Origin: Polyangiaceae bacterium | GTDB taxonomy: Bacteria > Myxococcota_A > Polyangia > Polyangiales > Polyangiaceae | Direction of reading: 5' to 3' | Length of the DNA: 64,000 bases | NCBI GenBank assembly: GCA_033763455.1 | Contig: JANRKO010000008.1 | Span: forward strand, 32,001 to 96,000 | Part shown: positions 61,048 to 64,000 of the stretch, one piece after another | Numbering within the stretch: position 1 is the stretch's first letter | How the letters are laid out: the number at the start of each line of letters is the position of its first letter | Made by a program: the position numbers and the translations under genes | The notes under the pieces: model-generated | The model's input: the letters and a program-made list of their open reading frames with translations, nothing else | What the model was told of the DNA's origin: nothing | The model's database searches: none

Positions 61048-62424
61048 CTAATACTTCCAGACTTTCAGCGTTTTATCCCCCGAGCTCGAAAGAAGCACCT
61101 GCTCATCTGCCGAGAAACTGAGCGCGTACACGTTAGCCGTGCCTAGGTGGCTTAGGGTTTGGGTAAGCCGCAGTTCATGAGTCTCCATGTTCTGGGAGAA
61201 AACACGGATCTTGCCGTCGTAAGATGAAGTGAACCACTGCCCGGTGGTTGCGTTGAAGCGCACGTGATCGATATTGTTGCCGAATTGGCTGAATTCTGCC
61301 CTCTCAGCCGGGTCGTCTACGCTCACTACTTGTAGGCGTTCCCCTCCCACAGCAATCCAGCTTTCATCCGCTGAAAACGCCACGCTGTTCGCGTAGCGCG
61401 GCGCGGGCACCGAAAAGCGAGACACCTGGCGTTCAAGGTCGAAAACTTCCAAGCGGTCCGACGGGTAATAGGTAACGGCCAGGAGCTTTCCTGAGGTACT
61501 GAGCGCCCAGTCGTCCACGCGTTCCTCAAAGCTTGCAAGGAGCACGGGTGTCAAACGCGGGCTTTGGGGAGCGACGCGGTAAATTACCAGCTGGCTGGTC
61601 TGCGCTGGTATTTGCGAGGAAGCCGCGACGAGCAACTTCCGATCATTGGAAAGCTTTAAATGCTCTGTGGGCATGGGCGAAAGCTTTTCGAGTACGGCGC
61701 CCGTTTCTGCTTGGATTAGGCGCAGCCCCGCGTGAGTGCCGAGGAGGATACTGGGGGGCTTTTCACCACACGGAGTGCACTCCTCAGGCCAGAAGATTGC
61801 GTCGAAGCCTTCGAAGGTCTTGACGTCAGGCAATACGGTTCGCGCCAGAAGCTTCCCTGTTTTAATGTTAAATAAGCGCAGGGTAACGTCCAATTCGCTG
61901 ACGACAAAAGCAAATTGTGCATCACGCGAGAGCTCCGAAACGGAAAGGTGGCTCTGGTTTACGTAGATGGTCTTGTTAGCTCTCCAGGTTCGCGGCAAAG
62001 AAGCCGCACTTTGGAGCGCGTTTGGCTCCCTCAAGGCGGCGCCGCCCCTGTCGCGAGTTGCCCCGCCTTCAGCGCTGCCATTGTTCGCCCAAGGCCAGGG
62101 CTCAAGCGCACGAAAAGCGGCAGTTTTGAGCTCGTAGATGGTGTGCGAGGGAGCCAAGGGCGCGACACCTTCAGGTTTCGGTTGAAGGTTGGCCTTCTTA
62201 GGAAGCTGCGTTGGGGTGGCTTCGAACGGCGGCGCTGGGGCGCCCGCAGTAGGGTGCATGGGGACGATTGTGGTACTTGGGCCGCGAGCGACTGGCGCAA
62301 CGTGCGGCGGCGCTTGCTCGGTTCGATGTCCGCAGGCAGCGATTGTTAAAGCTAGGGTGGCGCAGGTGCGAAAGGTCCAATTTTTAGGTGCGGGGTGGTA
62401 CTGGAACAATTCTAGTTGTCTCAA
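61048..62424 (-). CDS. WD40/beta-propeller lipoprotein
   Basis: IAAC lipobox, Pro-rich linker, SSYDGKIRVF, SSGDKTLKVW; TTG start with AGGAG RBS. Confidence 0.8.
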   Translation of the reverse strand: MRQLELFQYHPAPKNWTFRTCATLALTIAACGHRTEQAPPHVAPVARGPSTTIVPMHPTAGAPAPPFEATPTQLPKKANLQPKPEGVAPLAPSHTIYELKTAAFRALEPWPWANNGSAEGGATRDRGGAALREPNALQSAASLPRTWRANKTIYVNQSHLSVSELSRDAQFAFVVSELDVTLRLFNIKTGKLLARTVLPDVKTFEGFDAIFWPEECTPCGEKPPSILLGTHAGLRLIQAETGAVLEKLSPMPTEHLKLSNDRKLLVAASSQIPAQTSQLVIYRVAPQSPRLTPVLLASFEERVDDWALSTSGKLLAVTYYPSDRLEVFDLERQVSRFSVPAPRYANSVAFSADESWIAVGGERLQVVSVDDPAERAEFSQFGNNIDHVRFNATTGQWFTSSYDGKIRVFSQNMETHELRLTQTLSHLGTANVYALSFSADEQVLLSSSGDKTLKVWKY

Positions 62425-62518
62425 AAGTGCAACTCCTTGGATGCTTCTGACATGCCCACTCGGAGAAGTCACTCCCCGCGACAGCAGACGTGGCTGGTCT
62501 GCATTCAAGGTGTCGTGT

Positions 62519-62887
62519 ATGCAACTTTCTGTGAACACAATTCGCCGTGATAATTCGGCGCGCGGAGCCAGTGTCTCAACGCGTCAGCAGGTTTTGGTGC
62601 TTTATCTGAGCCACCCGGCCTTAGATAGCCGAGTGGTCGCCTGGTCTTTCTACGACGGAACGGGCAAGTACCGTAGAGAGGCGTTTGGCCCTGAGCTTGA
62701 GCCGCCGTACGCGAACGGCATCCAGGCCTTGGAAGATGGCTGGCGGCTGATCCAATACCCGAGGCTGGAAAACCCAGCGCCCGGTCGCGAGTACGAGGTC
62801 GGGTACTTCCAATCGGAATTCGTGTTCGAGAAGGTACTCGAAATGTCCGGAAGTGCTCAGCCAGCCGATTCAAGGGAGATAGCGTAA
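62519..62887 (+). CDS. Small hypothetical protein coupled to the PhyH gene
   Basis: RQQVLVLYL...WSFYDGTG...PPY...DGWRL...EFVFEK; TAATG overlap with the next gene; start uncertain. Confidence 0.6.
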   Translation: MQLSVNTIRRDNSARGASVSTRQQVLVLYLSHPALDSRVVAWSFYDGTGKYRREAFGPELEPPYANGIQALEDGWRLIQYPRLENPAPGREYEVGYFQSEFVFEKVLEMSGSAQPADSREIA

Positions 62888-63687
62888 TGGTAGATCTTCG
62901 GCTCACCACGCCAGAAATGGCCGAGTTTGTAACTAACGGTTACGTTCGGTTGGACGAAGTAGTACCTGCCGATCTTTGTCAGCGCATGCTGGAAGAGATA
63001 GCGTCAGGGAGGTATTCCGGGGACATTTTCAACGGTACGGGCCAATTGTTGAGCGAGCAATGGGTGGGGTTGGGGATGCAGTCAGTGCTGCAAGTCCCCA
63101 GGGTTCGAGCAACCATCGAGAGCCTCGTCGGCCCCGATCCTCGCTTTGATCACTATGCGGTTCACGTTTCGCCGGCGCAAAGCTTGAGGGGACAAGATGT
63201 CCATCAGGATGCCGAATACGACCTTCGGCGGCGCGCTTTCGATATTCAGGCATCATTCTTTTTTCACGATGTTCCTGCTGAAATGGGCGGCACCTTGTTG
63301 GTGCCGGGCACGCACTTCCGCCGTGTGCGGGAGAGCGCCATTAACCGCTACCAAAACATTGTCGGCCAGGTTCAGACAGTATGCAAAGCGGGTACCGTAA
63401 TTTTCTGGCACCACAACTTGTGGCACAGCGGCAGGGGCAACAGCACTGATCGTGTGCGCTACATGTTCAAGGTACGAATGAATCCGCGCGTGAAGCAAGA
63501 GAAGCTATGGAATGTCACCGAGATGCCGCCGCGTGAGCTCAGAAGGTGCCTGGAAAAACATCACGCGTGGAGCGGCAATGATAGCCGCACCGAGATCTTG
63601 AATCGCATTCAAATGTGGCGTTTTCTCACCGGTGATCCAACGTACGATTGCTCATCATGGTGGAGCCGTATTGAAAATGAGCGTTGA
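62887..63687 (+). CDS. Phytanoyl-CoA dioxygenase family Fe(II)/2OG enzyme
   Basis: FVTNGYVRL, HQD, GGTLLVPGTH, WHSG, RYMFK. Confidence 0.88.
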   Translation: MVDLRLTTPEMAEFVTNGYVRLDEVVPADLCQRMLEEIASGRYSGDIFNGTGQLLSEQWVGLGMQSVLQVPRVRATIESLVGPDPRFDHYAVHVSPAQSLRGQDVHQDAEYDLRRRAFDIQASFFFHDVPAEMGGTLLVPGTHFRRVRESAINRYQNIVGQVQTVCKAGTVIFWHHNLWHSGRGNSTDRVRYMFKVRMNPRVKQEKLWNVTEMPPRELRRCLEKHHAWSGNDSRTEILNRIQMWRFLTGDPTYDCSSWWSRIENER

Positions 63688-63693
63688 GTGCGC

Positions 63694-64000
63694 TTAGCTG
63701 TTAATGCCGAAAAATTCCTGAATAGCGGCCAGAATGCGGCCGCGTTCGCTCAGGAGGCGCCTCTTTTTGGCTTCAGCGTCTAGATTGTCGCGAGCGGATT
63801 CAAGCTCCACACGGCGCTGAGCCAAAGCCAGAGAAATTCCACTCGCGAGCTCCGGTCGTGAAGAGAGGAGATTTTGGAAGTCCGAACGATCGATGCGGAG
63901 GCAGACAACATCCCCGATGGCCGCCACCGTAGCTTCTCGCGCGGCTCCGGTCATCAGAGCCATCTCTCCGAAAAAATCCGGGGCCCTGAGTGTGGCCACG
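63694..64000 (-). CDS. C-terminal cyclic-nucleotide-binding domain (possibly of an MscS-cNMP protein), 5' end outside the window
   Basis: FFGEMALMTGAAREATV. Confidence 0.75.
   Translation of the reverse strand, partial: VATLRAPDFFGEMALMTGAAREATVAAIGDVVCLRIDRSDFQNLLSSRPELASGISLALAQRRVELESARDNLDAEAKKRRLLSERGRILAAIQEFFGINS

Overview
GC-rich bacterial window that looks like Myxococcota (probably Polyangiaceae/Sorangiineae), judged from Glt-type gliding genes, RomX- and CdbA-like genes, Cys-rich repeats and a DUF1592/DUF1552 pair. It opens with a gltD/E/F/G-like cluster containing an extra ExbB-like gene, next to a secreted protein/outer-membrane beta-barrel/short OPX export trio. The middle is mostly housekeeping: maf, rluD-like, moxR, asnS, ygfZ, cysK, mazG, rlmN, a vapBC module, biotin carboxylase, phosphomannomutase, hsp20, an M16 peptidase pair, lepA, rluB and a VKOR-DsbA/OmpA-like/TlpA operon. 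An accessory-looking segment (about 40.8-50.3 kb) carries two AraC regulators, DUF1592/DUF1552, a truncated ECF sigma factor, a DUF4143 ATPase remnant and a modular PL7 lyase. The window ends with purL, gdh, a hybrid kinase, a coupled ferritin-like (DUF455) plus ATP-grasp pair, an RNA methyltransferase, a WD40 lipoprotein and a hypothetical/PhyH pair. I saw no rRNA, tRNA, CRISPR array, integrase or transposase. The best candidates for undescribed systems are the DUF455/ATP-grasp pair, the Glt-ExbB-like-OPX linkage, the AraC-DUF1592/DUF1552-PL7 segment and the VKOR operon. All family calls come from recognising motifs by eye; no database searches were run.
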